Assembly (NCBI RefSeq): GCF_009914755.1
Contig: NC_060931.1
Source: the human T2T-CHM13v2.0 reference genome, Homo sapiens
Length of the DNA: 64,000 nucleotides
Reading direction: 5' to 3' (one strand)
Part shown: positions 1 to 14,776 of the stretch, piece after piece
How positions within the stretch are numbered: the first letter of the stretch is position 1
Layout: the number at the start of each line of letters is the position of its first letter
The notes under the pieces: model-generated
The model's input: the letters and a program-made list of their open reading frames with translations, nothing else
What the model was told of the DNA's origin: nothing
Database searches by the model: none
Translations under genes and position numbers: made by a program

Positions 1-874
1 CTAAATTATTTTCTCCCAAATGGTTAACCACCTATTAAGATACTAAATTATTATATCTACTAAGGCCTGGTACCTAATTGTTGGGCCAGTTAGAGGGTTT
101 TTCAAGAATAATTTGAAGCAGTTTATAGTTAATTGCCTGTTAGAAAAAGCATCTAGAAAAACTAAAACCTCCGGCGACAACTAGTCCCCACACCTTTCCT
201 GGTTTTGCACCTGTATTACCTTCCTGTTCCTGGCTGCAGTGAGCTCCTGATCAACCCCGTCCTCCTCCAAGTGCATTGCAGTGCATTGCAGTCCATTGCA
301 GCCCTGTAGCAGAAGCAGAGAGGCAGGTATTAATTTGGGGTGAAACAACCAGGGCTACCTCCTAGAGCTGTCCCTGTGCAGTGGAGAGATAACCGACAGT
401 TGCTCAACAACGAAGGCTCCAAATCTCTGGGGTCTCGGGATACATGGAAACCTCTTCTTCAACCTGGGACAGGAGCCCCTTAGACACAGGCTAATAACAC
501 TTCTCCTGGTGTGTGACAGATAGTTGACTAATGTGTTTCCTGCCTGGGAGTTGCAATTGGCAGCCGATTCTATGAAAGGCTTTCATGAATCATTTTGGAA
601 AGCATGCATGTTGAGGAGCAGGGAGGTGAGTCAGGCATCTCTCTGCCTAGCAGCCCAGCCCCTGTAACGCAGATGTCCACTAATTACTTTCATACTTAAA
701 TGATTTACTACATTTAAATCAGTCCTTTAGAGAGGACCTCATACTTGCTGATGCAATGAGTATACAATAAATTGTAATGTATATAAACTATATAAAGCAT
801 CTGACAATGCTTTGCTTCCCTATTCATAAACTTGGATATTTTTAACTGGTATTTTATGCCTTAAAGATAAGTCC

Positions 875-1144
875 TTTTTTTTTTTTTTTTTTTTTTTGAG
901 ACAGTGTCTCCCTCTGTTGCCCAGGCTGTAGTGCAATGGCACGACCTCGGCTGACTCCAACCTCTGCTTCCCGGGTTCAAGCGATTCTCCTGCCTCAGCC
1001 CTTTCCGAGTAGCTGGGACTACAGGTATCTGCCACCATACCTGGCTAATTTTTGTACTTTTAGTAGAGGCGGGGTTTCACCATGTTGGTCAGGCTGGTCT
1101 CAAACTCCTGACCTCAACTGATCCACCGGCCTCGGCCTCCCAAA
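875..1144 (-). mobile_element. Alu (AluS-like), 5'-truncated
   Basis: Poly(T) followed by reverse-complement Alu consensus; AAAGATAAGT flanks both sides as a TSD. Confidence 0.95.
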
Positions 1145-1495
1145 AAAGATAAGTACATTTTAATTATTGTAGCCACTGTAAATGCACTTAAAGCTAATTA
1201 TACCGAAGGGGAAAAGAGAAGAGTTTCAAAATTCTAAATGATAATACTTTACTTTTTGTAGCCCTGTCTTATCCAAAATAACTCTTCAACATAAACTTTC
1301 CCAAAACTTATTTTTCGTGAAAAAATGTGTGTCCTGTTCTAATGCAGGTCTTCATGTGTCTGCAATAACTGTATCCCATTCCAGAATATGTTGCTGAAAA
1401 AAACCCACTAGCAAGGTGGCAGTGTTATTTCAACAGGATCTCCCACACCTTATGGCTACTTTTATTCAGAGTATAGTGCAATTTCTCCTTAGTGA

Positions 1496-1795
<300 letters not shown>

Positions 1796-2774
1796 AGAAT
1801 TAATCTTTCAATAGAACTTCTTCTGTACCATTCAGCAAAATAACCCCACTCAGATCCAACCTACCATCTATAAGTGATTAGAGATAAGTGTGTTTTGTGC
1901 ATTTCTGAATATTCTATTCTAATGTGCTCTCTAGTCACAAATAAGCAGCTGAGTCAGCCTGCCCTCGGGGCTGTTGCATCCAGATTTTAATCTACACACA
2001 TAATTGTGTGGCACTTTATTCATCTGGCTGGGCAGTGACTCAAGTGTGTCTCTAAAGGGGCAGAAAATTGAAAAGCTAACAGGCTATCCTGACATCTCAG
2101 ATCAATGGTTTTTCTTCCTTCCTATCACCAAATTTTGAGAAACTTACCTGAGTTAGAAAAGTTGCTGCAGCTGTTCCCTCCGGCAGTATGTTCCATTCTC
2201 CATGGCTCCTAATTAGTGTTCAACTTGGTCTTTTTTTCCTACTCTAGCTTAAGATGCATCTCCTTGACTCCATCCACCCCATCCAATACATGTGTCACTG
2301 CCTCTGCTCCTGAGCCTGGCTGTGTGTCTACCCATTATAGGCTGGCTCAACCAAGCTCAATCCAGGCACTGCTAAAGAGGCCAGAAACGATGCCAATGGA
2401 CATGCTATCAATGGCACAAGGTATGTCAGAGCTAGATTTGTATTCATTTTTTAAAAACAGATATTACATTTCTTTTCTATTATTTAAGAAAGAAAACTCA
2501 AAGTGCTTTTCAAACAGATGTATACCCCAGTGTTTATTGAAGTAGAATCCATAAAAAAACTACAAAGCTAAACTTGTATTATATTTATTTTCTTGAGCTG
2601 GGGGGAGTATTGCATTAGAACATGTTGTTCTGGTCAGCAATAACCAGAATGCCTAGTTCTTTATTCCATGATATTTAGGACCGTGGACATATTCCTATGA
2701 ATGGGTTGGAGTAGTCCTGCATGAAGTATGGTCTACAGATTGGTGCTAGTCTACCAAGAAATTAGTACAGAAAT

Positions 2775-3450
2775 TGGGAGAACATACCCAGTGTTGGCAA
2801 GGCTGTGAAGCAACTGGAACCCTCATACATTGCAGGTGGGAATGCAAATTGGTACAGCCACTTTGGAAACAGCATGGCAGATTCTTAGACAACTATGAAA
2901 CTTTATGCACTTACCATACAACCCAACAATCCAACTTCAAGGTAGTTACTCAAGAGAAACAACACACATGCCCATACAAAGACTTGTATGTAGCAGCATT
3001 ATTTACAATAGCCAAAAACTGCTAACAAGCCAAATTTCTATCAACTGGTGAGTGAATAAACAAATTGTGGTGTATCCATATTACAGAATATCATATAGCA
3101 AGAAAAAAGAATGGAATCATTTATACAATATGGATGAATATCAAAGACATTAATTTTAAGTGAAAGAAGTGAAACACGAAGATTACATACTGTGTGATTC
3201 CATTTACATGAAATTCTACTAAAGGTAAAACCATAGTGACAGAAATCAGATATGTGGTTATCTGGGACTAGGGATGAGGGTGAAGGGTATCAATTGCAAA
3301 GGGACAAGAGGGTTCTTTTTAGGATGATGAAACCATTCTGTTTCTCAATGTTGGTGGAGGTTAAATACTGCATACAATCATCAAAATTCACCAAACAGTA
3401 CTCTTAAAGTGAGTGGATTTTATTGTATATACATTATACTTCAATAAAGC
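2775..3450 (+). mobile_element. Old L1 (L1M-type) 3' fragment
   Basis: ORF2 C-terminal-like GTLIHCRWECKLVQPLWK and a typical L1M 3' UTR ending in AATAAA. Confidence 0.85.
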
Positions 3451-3454
3451 TAAG

Positions 3455-3630
3455 GAACAAAAGAAAGAAAGAAGAGAGAGAGGAAGGAAGGAAAAGGAAG
3501 GAAGGAAGAAGGGTGGGAGGCAGGGAAGGAGAGAGGAAGAAGGAAAGAAGGAAGGAAGGAAGGGAGGGAGGGAGGGAAGGGGAGGGAAAGGGGAAGGAGA
3601 AGGGGAAGGGGAAGGGAGAGAGGGAAACAG
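3455..3630. repeat. GA-rich/(GGAA)n low-complexity purine tract
   Basis: Directly visible polypurine run. Confidence 0.9.
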
Positions 3631-3644
3631 AAAAGGCCAAGATT

Positions 3645-4230
3645 CCATTTACTCTCGTGCCTCACTCCACTTCCTCTATGCCTGACAAACCTGACGTGGC
3701 TGAGATCAAGAAATTCAGTAAGTTGAAATTGAAGAATACAGAAACGCAAGAGAAAAATCTGCTGCCTTCCAAAGAAATGACAGAATAGAAACAAGCAGGC
3801 AAATTGCAATGAGGCAAGCACGCCAACGTGCAGTATGCATTCCACAGGTATTGCCTTCGTATTTTACTTTGCTTAGCTGTTTAACTTTGTACAATGCAAA
3901 GAGGCTAGATCAAGCTTAATGCCTGTGCTGTCCTGTTCACATCAAGGAATTGAGAACCACTGATGATGAGGGCCGCACCTGCCTCTCCCTTCTGCCTATC
4001 TGGCTGTCATGGCAGGAAAAGAGCTTGCATGTTGGTGAAGGAAGAAGTGGGGTGGGATGACAATGAAATCTAGAGTAAAACCAACCTGGCCCAAGGTGTC
4101 CTGCTGGCTACTAAATGCCATTTAGTCAGAGTGCCATTATTTTTTTGTGTTTAAAATGATTTTAATTATAGGAATGCACAATGTTTGTTTAAAAAACAAA
4201 CAGTTTTAAACACTCTCCCTCAAAGAAAAA
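3645..4230 (+). pseudogene. Processed thymosin beta-4 (TMSB4X-derived) pseudogene
   Basis: ATG at 3678 gives [36 protein letters not shown] (cf. [44 protein letters not shown]); premature TAG at 3786-3788; intronless; TMSB4X-like 3' UTR; A-rich tail; degenerate TSD AGAAAAGGCCAAGATT/AGAAAGGGCCAAAATT. Confidence 0.93.
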
Positions 4231-4984
4231 AGAAAGGGCCAAAATTAGGAAATTTTCTTTCTGAAAGTAAATGAGATATTCAGTTTGGAGGGAAAAAATG
4301 AAATTTCATTAAGCCCCAAAAGGGGACAATTTTGAGCCACAATCAATAAGCCTAAAGCGGAGGTATTTTTATTTTATGTTCATCATGATGAGTTCTGGGA
4401 TTTCCTTGTAACACAAGTGCAGGGGGACCGGACTAATACCACATTTCAGTCTTCCTGCGTCACATCAGACACTGTGAGTCAGGGAGCATCATTACACCTG
4501 GGGTAGATCTGAATCCTGGTAAGAATGTGCTACATATACCTTCAGAGCAAGCCTTTAGAGTGTGGTCCACCTTCTCTGAAAACAAAATGTCATTCTTACT
4601 ATAACATTTATTTTGTGTTTTTTTCTTTTTGCCAGCACCTCAGGAATAAGCATCCACAGCTTAATGTTTACATCAATGAATCAAGGCTGTTTCCATAGCA
4701 ACACCTCTACTTCTCTGGAACTGCAATTTTATGTCAATTTACTATTAATGGAAGATGGAACAAAAGCAAGCAGACAGAACAGGAGAAACCTTAACGCCTC
4801 AAGACGGACTGGCAAAGCAAGGAGGAAGAGGAGCAGACCTGTCATTTGCCAGGGTTTTAGGGTTTAGTGAACCATGACATTATTTAACATTTAACCATTT
4901 TGTGCTTAGGTTTGTAATAATGATTTCATAGGACCATAGAATCTTTGAGCTAAAATCGACCTTAAAAGTCATCTGAAATCCCTT

Positions 4985-5155
4985 ATTTTATTTTAGTTTA
5001 TTTTTTAGAGACAGAGTCTTGCTCTGTTTCCCAGGCTGGAGTGCAGTGGCGAGATCATAGCTCACTGTAGCTTCGAACTCCTGACCTCAAGCGATCCACC
5101 TGTTTCAGCCTTTCAAAACACTGAGATTGCAGGTGTGATCTACTGTGCCCAGCCT
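4985..5155 (-). mobile_element. Monomeric Alu (FLAM/AluJ-like)
   Basis: Single Alu arm with T-rich tail; degenerate TSD CCCTTATTT. Confidence 0.85.
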
Positions 5156-6340
5156 GGAACCCCTTATTTTAAAGTCAAGGAGACTCAGTCCCAGACATAG
5201 TAAGGGATTTAATGAAGGTCATTTTGCTGGTAAGGGACACAGTCACAAACAGAACATGGGATACAGAATTTAAGCCTGGAGTTCTGTTTACTCACAACAC
5301 AATATTGTCTCTTTCATCTGTTAGTTCCGGTACCTGAGGCTCAGCTAAATACTTTTTTGTGGAAATCCATTCTGCTGAATACCAAGACTTTCTCTTCCTG
5401 GTCTACCAACAAGGGAGCCGAGGCCATCAATTATGGCTAAGCAGGGCCATAGCCTATAATTGAGAAGTAAAATTAGAAGCCATATAGCAAGCCTGTATCA
5501 GTTAGGGTTCAATTGCAGGAAGCATATACAACCCTAGGGATTTTATGCAGAATGGGATTTAATACAGGGAATTGGATGTTTATAAACTTGGCAGAACTAG
5601 GCTGTAGGCTAGGTTTCCAGGAATTATGCCCAGAACACTGCAGAACTGTTTCACCAGAGAAGCTATTACAACTGTCCCAACCAGGGAGCTTGAATATCAA
5701 GAGATTGCCCCTGGAATGACTGAGTCCGAGATCATCGGCCAAGGTAATGCTAGTGCAAATAAGATCCAAGATCAAGTAGCTGGTATCTGGGAATCACTGG
5801 CACCACAGCAAATGCCCCTTACCACCCACAAATCTGGAGAGACTGGACACCAGACCACTTCAGGGATTTGTGAGGAACTCCATCCTCTGGCTATATCTGA
5901 CATCAGAAAACAGTCAAGAGAGCAAGAGAAAAATGCTGCAACCTCATTTCTACCTTCCAGTTTCCAATGAAGCATCTCATTGTCAGGACCTAATTTGCAT
6001 CCAGAACCTTACCTGCAGGAAAGTATCAAAATATAGTTTGTTTATGTGTTGTAAAGCTTTCCAATTTCTGCCATACTGGAAGGTGCACTAAAATGAAGAG
6101 GCAATGACTACTGAGTATCAGCTGATAATATCAAGGTGAAGAAATTCATCAGTAGGCACTCTAGCGAGTTAGTTGATATGAGTTCACTACAATTTGGAAC
6201 ATTACATTGAGAAGTAGAAGAACACCTTGAGTTGTGAGACTAGAGGAAAAGAACACCCTAACAGTTTACCAGTGGGAGAGAATATAAGGTGAGGTACCCA
6301 TGTTAGAGAGCATTTGGCAGAATTCTAAAATGTGAAAACA

Positions 6341-6632
<292 letters not shown>

Positions 6633-6917
6633 GAATAAGAGAAAATGATATGTACTATCATTGAAGCATTGAAGGATCTTTAGGACATACTGTAGGATTT
6701 AAAAGTTAGTTTTAGTATATATGATATGATGTTATTTACAACCCAAAAAAGGAGAACAACCCACAAAACAATTAACTGAGTTCTAGGGACACGTAATTTA
6801 GTTACTAGAGTGATTATGAGGCAACCCCGTGTGAATAATTTACAAAGGAACTGCTCAGCACCGATTCCTAGGCTCTCGCACACCTCAGATAGACCTGGGA
6901 TATGAAAAGATCAGAGT

Positions 6918-7262
<345 letters not shown>

Positions 7263-8027
7263 GGTCAGAGAGATGAGAGGGGAGACTTCCAGGGGAAGGG
7301 AAATTTCTGTTATTCACACTCAAGTGTAAAGAGAGTGAAAACCAGGTATATAAAAGGGGGGTTTTCCTGGCTCATGCCCAGGAAATCTAAACAGAGGAAA
7401 GGGGCCAACTAAGTGCTTTCTGTGGGAGTCAGAAAGTGCTACTGCACTGAGCAAAGCCACCTCTTTCTGCATGGGCGAAGTCAGGGATGGGTGAGGGTTT
7501 CCCTTGGGCTGGGATAGGCATGTGGGAGAGAGAGGCGCTCAAGTCCTGCCCAAGTGGACCCAGAGGCAAAGGTGAGGGACCCCAGTTGCAGGAGTGTGTG
7601 TTGCTTGGGCTCCTGGGAGCTGCAGTTGGAGCTGGCATTCCTGGGGACCAAATAACACAGTGTGCAGCAGAAGAGACATCCCCAGAGCTGGGAAGGTCTG
7701 GATCGAGTGTATTCGTTTCTTAGGGCTACTGTAAGAAAGTACCACAAACTGGGTGGTTTAAAACAACAGAAACTTGTTTCACAGTTCTACAGACTCAAAG
7801 TTCAAAATCAAGGTGTCAGCAGAGCCATGCTCTCTAGGGAATTTAAAGTCTCTAGGGAATAATCTTTCCTTGCTTCTAACTCCTTTGGTTGCCAACCTTG
7901 GCATTCCTTGGCTTATGCAAGCCCTGCCTCTGTCTTCACATGGCCTTATTTCACCTGTGTCTCCTCTGTGTTCTCAAATTTCTCTGCTTGTAAGGATACT
8001 AGTCATCGGATTTAGGGCCCATTGTAA

Positions 8028-8312
<285 letters not shown>

Positions 8313-8380
8313 TGATTACACCTGCAAAGACCTCTTCTTTAAATAAAGGCACATTCACAGGTACTGGGGCTAGGAGCTCA

Positions 8381-8682
<302 letters not shown>

Positions 8683-9279
8683 GGCTTTTGGGAGAACAGA
8701 ATTGATCCATAACACAAGCAAAGTGACCAAACCCAGGAAAAGCCAGCTGTAAAATCAGCCAGGGTGGGAGCCCAAGGCTACCCAGTAGATGAGAGCTGTC
8801 TAATGGTCTAATACCCTCATGTCTCCTCCGCCCTCTGGCCTTGGTCTTGGGAAGCAACGCTCAGCAAGGGAGAGGCGGTGGGGATGGGCAAGGAGCAGAA
8901 CAGATGGTCACACCTTTCTCCCCAAAAGCAGACAGCCAAGGACTGTACTCTGTAGTGGGAAAAAGATGTTCTATCTTTAAATAAGCACTAAATTGTTAAT
9001 TAATATCTTGGACTGAGCATTCTAAAAAAACTTCTTATTTTGGAAATGTTTAAGCATACAAAAATAGAGGAAATAGAATACCGAGTTCCCTATGTACCCA
9101 TTGCCCAGCTTCAACAATTATCAACTCATGGCCAATCATTTTTTTTAATCTACACCCTCACCCACTCCTCCCTCTCATAGGCTTCTTTTCATGTAAATCT
9201 CAGATATATAATCTGGACATATTTCATTCAGTTATTTCAACATGCCTCTGAAAGAGAAAAACTGTTTTAAAAATAAACA

Positions 9280-9481
9280 ACAACAGACACTGAGGCCTAC
9301 CCGAGGTCTCAGGTAGGGAGGAGGGAGAGGAGCAGAAAAAAATAACTATTGGGTACTAGGCTTAGTACCTGGGTGATAAAACAGTCTGTACAACAAACCC
9401 CCATAACAGGAGTTTACCTGTATAACAAACCTGCACATGTACCCATGAGCCTAAAAGTTAAAAAAAAAAAAATTAAAAAAA
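9280..9481 (+). mobile_element. Old L1PA 3' end nested in older L1M sequence
   Basis: TGGGTACTAGGCTTAGTACCTGGGTGA...AACAAACCTGCACATGTACCC followed by an A tail. Confidence 0.8.
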
Positions 9482-9727
9482 CCCCACAACATTATCGTAG
9501 CCTCAAAATTAAAAACAATCCCTTAATATCAAATATCTACTGAATGTTCAAATATTCCTGTTTGATGTGTAAAACTTTTCATATGTTTTCTTTGTTCACC
9601 TGAAGATCCAAAAATCTCTCTTTACACATTGCAATTAGTAATTTCTTGTAAGTTGCTTTTAACCCGTAGGTTCCTCTCTCCTCCTCATCTTTTTTTCTTA
9701 CAACTTTTTCTAAAGAAATTGAGTGTT

Positions 9728-10019
9728 GCCGGGCGCGGTGGCTCACGCCTGTAATCCCAGCACTTTGGGAGGCCGAGGCAGGCAGATCACGAGGTCAGGA
9801 GATCGATACCATCCTGGCTAACACGGTGAAACCCCGTCTCTACTAAAAATGCAAAAAATTAGCCTGGCGTGGGCGCCTGTAGTCCCAGCTACTCAGGAAG
9901 CTGAGGCAGGAGAATGGAGTGAATCCGGGAGGCGGAGATTGCAGTGAGCCCAGATCGCGCCACTGCACTCCAGCCATAGCTACAGAGCGAGACTCCGTCT
10001 CAAAAAAAAAAAAAAAAAG
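9728..10019 (+). mobile_element. AluY
   Basis: GATCACGAGGTCAGGAGATCG..ACCATCCTGGCTAACACGG diagnostics; TSD AAGAAA(T/C)TGAGTGTT. Confidence 0.95.
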
Positions 10020-10130
10020 AAACTGAGTGTTTGTCCTAGAGGGTTTCCCAGTGTGGCTATTGCTTATTGCACTCCATGCTGTTCTTCTATGCTTTCCCCT
10101 GTATTTTCTACAAATTGGGTGTTAAATCCA

Positions 10131-10651
<521 letters not shown>

Positions 10652-11292
10652 CTACAGTTTTGATCATATTTAGGCTCAGTTTTTTCCCCTTTGCCATAGG
10701 ACGGTTTCTTGTATACCTTACATTGGATATTCAGAATTTCCAAATGGACCCTTTGTCTCACAAGGAAGAAAATGTGGAAGTGTCCATCACCTATGACTTA
10801 CCAGAGAGCCTCTAGAATGGCCCTATTCTTCATCTAGTGGCAAGAGATGATTACCCCCCACTAGACAAGTTCTGAAGAGACGATGGGAAGAAAAATAAAG
10901 CGTGTTTAATCATGTCACAAATTGTCCTTGATCAATGAGCCAGTAACACATAAGTGGATAGAAAAATATCTAGAAGGGTCGGCACAAAATTAATATCATG
11001 ACTACTTCTGGGAAGTGACTGCGTTTGGTGTGGCAGCAGTCGTGTTTGTGTGTGTGTCCATGAGGGGTTTTAGCCTTACCTCTGGCTTGTAAGCTTTAGA
11101 TTGAGAATAAAATCATGTATTAATTGTATTAGTCAGTGAAAAGAAAGAACAAATGATGGCTTTTTAACAACAAAATTTCGTATTTTTTATTTAAAAAGTA
11201 TTTAAAAAGTACTCATTAGAGAAAATTTGAAAAATAGGAGAAGAAAAAAAAGTCATCACCTATAAATTCCCCCCTCAAAGATAACCATTGTT

Positions 11293-12071
<779 letters not shown>

Positions 12072-12217
12072 TCAAAGATAACCATTGTTAGTATTTGGTC
12101 TATTTATCTCCAGTCTTAATGTTTTGTATTTTTAAACTTAGGGACAAAACTCCTACCCTTGACTTTTTAACCTTCCTCTCTCTGGCCTGGTCACAGCCAC
12201 TAGATACCCATATATTA

Positions 12218-12591
<374 letters not shown>

Positions 12592-12659
12592 TCAATAATA
12601 TTCCATAATACTTATTTTATTACTATATTATAATAATCGACATTTATCCTTTATTAGTT

Positions 12660-12765
12660 GTAATTCTCACAAAAGCTTGATGATGTGAGTTCTTTTATTA
12701 TTCTCATTTTACAGATGAGGAAACAGGTTTGGAGAAGATAAATACCTTGCCCAAAAATGTAGCAT
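12660..12765 (-). mobile_element. MIR fragment
   Basis: Core CATTTTACAGATGAGGAAAC. Confidence 0.75.
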
Positions 12766-13789
12766 GTCCAATCCTCTTTCCCCAGATAGAGGCTGGGATG
12801 AAGCTGGCCAAGGGAGTGTCTTCTCCCTGAAGTTGCAAGTATTTCAGAATCAGGAGCCCTGCAGAGTCCTGAGTTAAAGAGTTAGCCAACAGTGATGTTT
12901 CAGAGAAGGGCAAGGGCTCAGAAGCTGATCCTGGAATCCACACAACAGACCCAGAAAATCTGTCAACTACAGAGATGAAAGCAAGGATGATGCATGGAAG
13001 GGAGGGAAGTTTCCAGGCTAACACCTGGGGTAGCAGTGTCACTCCTGTCTGTGTTTAGTATGCCCAGAGGGGCCAGGTGTGGGTGGGCAGTCCAGAGCTG
13101 AAACCAACCCATTTCCATGCACTGCTTAGTACAGAATGCCAAGTAAAGGCTTCCGTTATTTCTTTGAAACGGTGCTGCCAAGTAATTGTCATAGAACATT
13201 TATGGGTCTGTCCTTCCGCCCCTCCCTGCTTTCCCCTGGAATAGCAAGCAGAGCTGGTTGTAAAGTTCAGCACCTTTTCCTGGGTGCTCTGGAGTAAATA
13301 AAGCCATTTCCTCCTGCCCACAATGATGAGCTATTCCTGGTTGGGTAATATTGACCTCTCACCTATGGATTTGTGCACCTAGAAAAGGATTTACTTTATT
13401 TAGTTAAGAGTTTGGAAGAAATGCTTTCTGTGTACTGCATAAGTATCCAATGTCTGTTTCTTAGTTATGTTTGCTTTACAGTTACCATGGAAAGAATAAA
13501 ACCAAATGGAAAAACGTAGCAACATGGCTGTCTACAAAACAGAAAAGAAATCTTAAAGATATTTTAAGAGGCAAAGATGCTACTTATTTTTTGTTATAGA
13601 CAGCAGCCAGAAGGCAAAGAACCTTTTAGGATGTTTTCCTTGGTATGGCCAGACAGAGGAGCTATTGTGAATAAGTGGCAGCAGAGGGCACTCTTCCTAC
13701 GGGTTAGTTTCTATCCTCACTTCTCCAAGGAAAACACTTGTTAAAATGCCTGTGTATATATATGTTAACAAGTTTATGGCCCTTTAAAA

Positions 13790-14177
13790 AATAGATGACA
13801 GATTAGATAGATAATAGATAGATAGAAGATAGATGATATATAGATATGATGAGAGATGATAGATGATAGTTGACATAGATAATTGATAGATGATAATTAG
13901 GTAGATTATTGATATATGGGTAGATACATAGATGATAGTTGATATAGATAATCGATGATAGATGGTTGATAGATGGATATAGAGATGATAGTTGATATAG
14001 ATAATTGATAGATGATAGGTAATTAGATGATTGATAGAGGGATATATAGATGACAGTTGATATAGATAATTGATAGATAATAGATGATTGATAGATGGAT
14101 AGATATATTGATGATAGTTGATACAGATAGGTAATTGATAGATGATAGATAGATGATTGGTAGATATATAGATGATA
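13790..14177. repeat. Degenerate (GATA)n repeat with ~55-70 bp higher-order unit
   Basis: AGATGATAGTTGATATAGATAATTGATAG recurs at about 13861, 13930, 13983, 14048 and 14110. Confidence 0.9.
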
Positions 14178-14753
14178 TGTTGTAACCGAGGGAGTTATAG
14201 AGAAACGCCACATTCTGAGGCTAATTCAGGAGTCCTTTTATTGCCGGCGACCGAGAGATGGCTAGAGCTCAAAATTCTCTTGGCCTCGAAGAACGGGATA
14301 GATTTCTTTTTAAACCATGGTCTAAATAGGGGAGGGGGAGCCTACTTGAAGCAATTTTTACAGAAGCAGAACAGGCAAAAAGTTAAAAAAATTAATGGTT
14401 ACAGAGATAGTTACAGAAAAATACAGTTCCAGGTGCAGGGGCTTAAACTATCACAAAGAGATAAATGCAGGGGCTTGGGTACCATCCGCCGAGCACGTCC
14501 CCAGGAGCTGCTGGTACAGCTTGCCTCAATATCTTATCAGTAAGTGCATTCCTGGATGTGCTTGGAGTCAGCTTGCACTAGTTATTCCCTTAAGGGAGGG
14601 GGATAAGGGGACTGCAAGTGAAGAAGCTAAAATGGAGAGTGTCCAGCTATCTCAGCTAAGAGAGAGTCACTCTGAGCAGAAGGGTCAGAAGTCACCCTTC
14701 TGACCCACTGTACACGTAAACTTGGGGCAGGTTAAAACAGGGTAGGTATCACA
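14178..14753 (-). mobile_element. 3' LTR (LTR6-type) carrying a ~56-bp insertion
   Basis: TG...CA ends; matches 23702-24225; preceded on the minus strand by purine tract ATGAGTGGGGAA (PPT, about 14754-14765). Confidence 0.93.
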
Positions 14754-14776
14754 TTCCCCACTCATGTTTTGGGTAA

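Noticed and set aside
272-303. Three copies of a 10-bp unit (GTGCATTGCA)
   Set aside because: Short slippage repeat with no supporting context
3388-3685. ORFs over the GA-rich tract; possible EWS-FLI1 GGAA enhancer
   Set aside because: Low-complexity artefacts; uninterrupted GGAA runs are only a few units long
5495-6090. Possible old LTR element with overlapping small ORFs
   Set aside because: The start looks LTR-like, but I cannot assign a family or ends, and the ORFs match nothing I recognise
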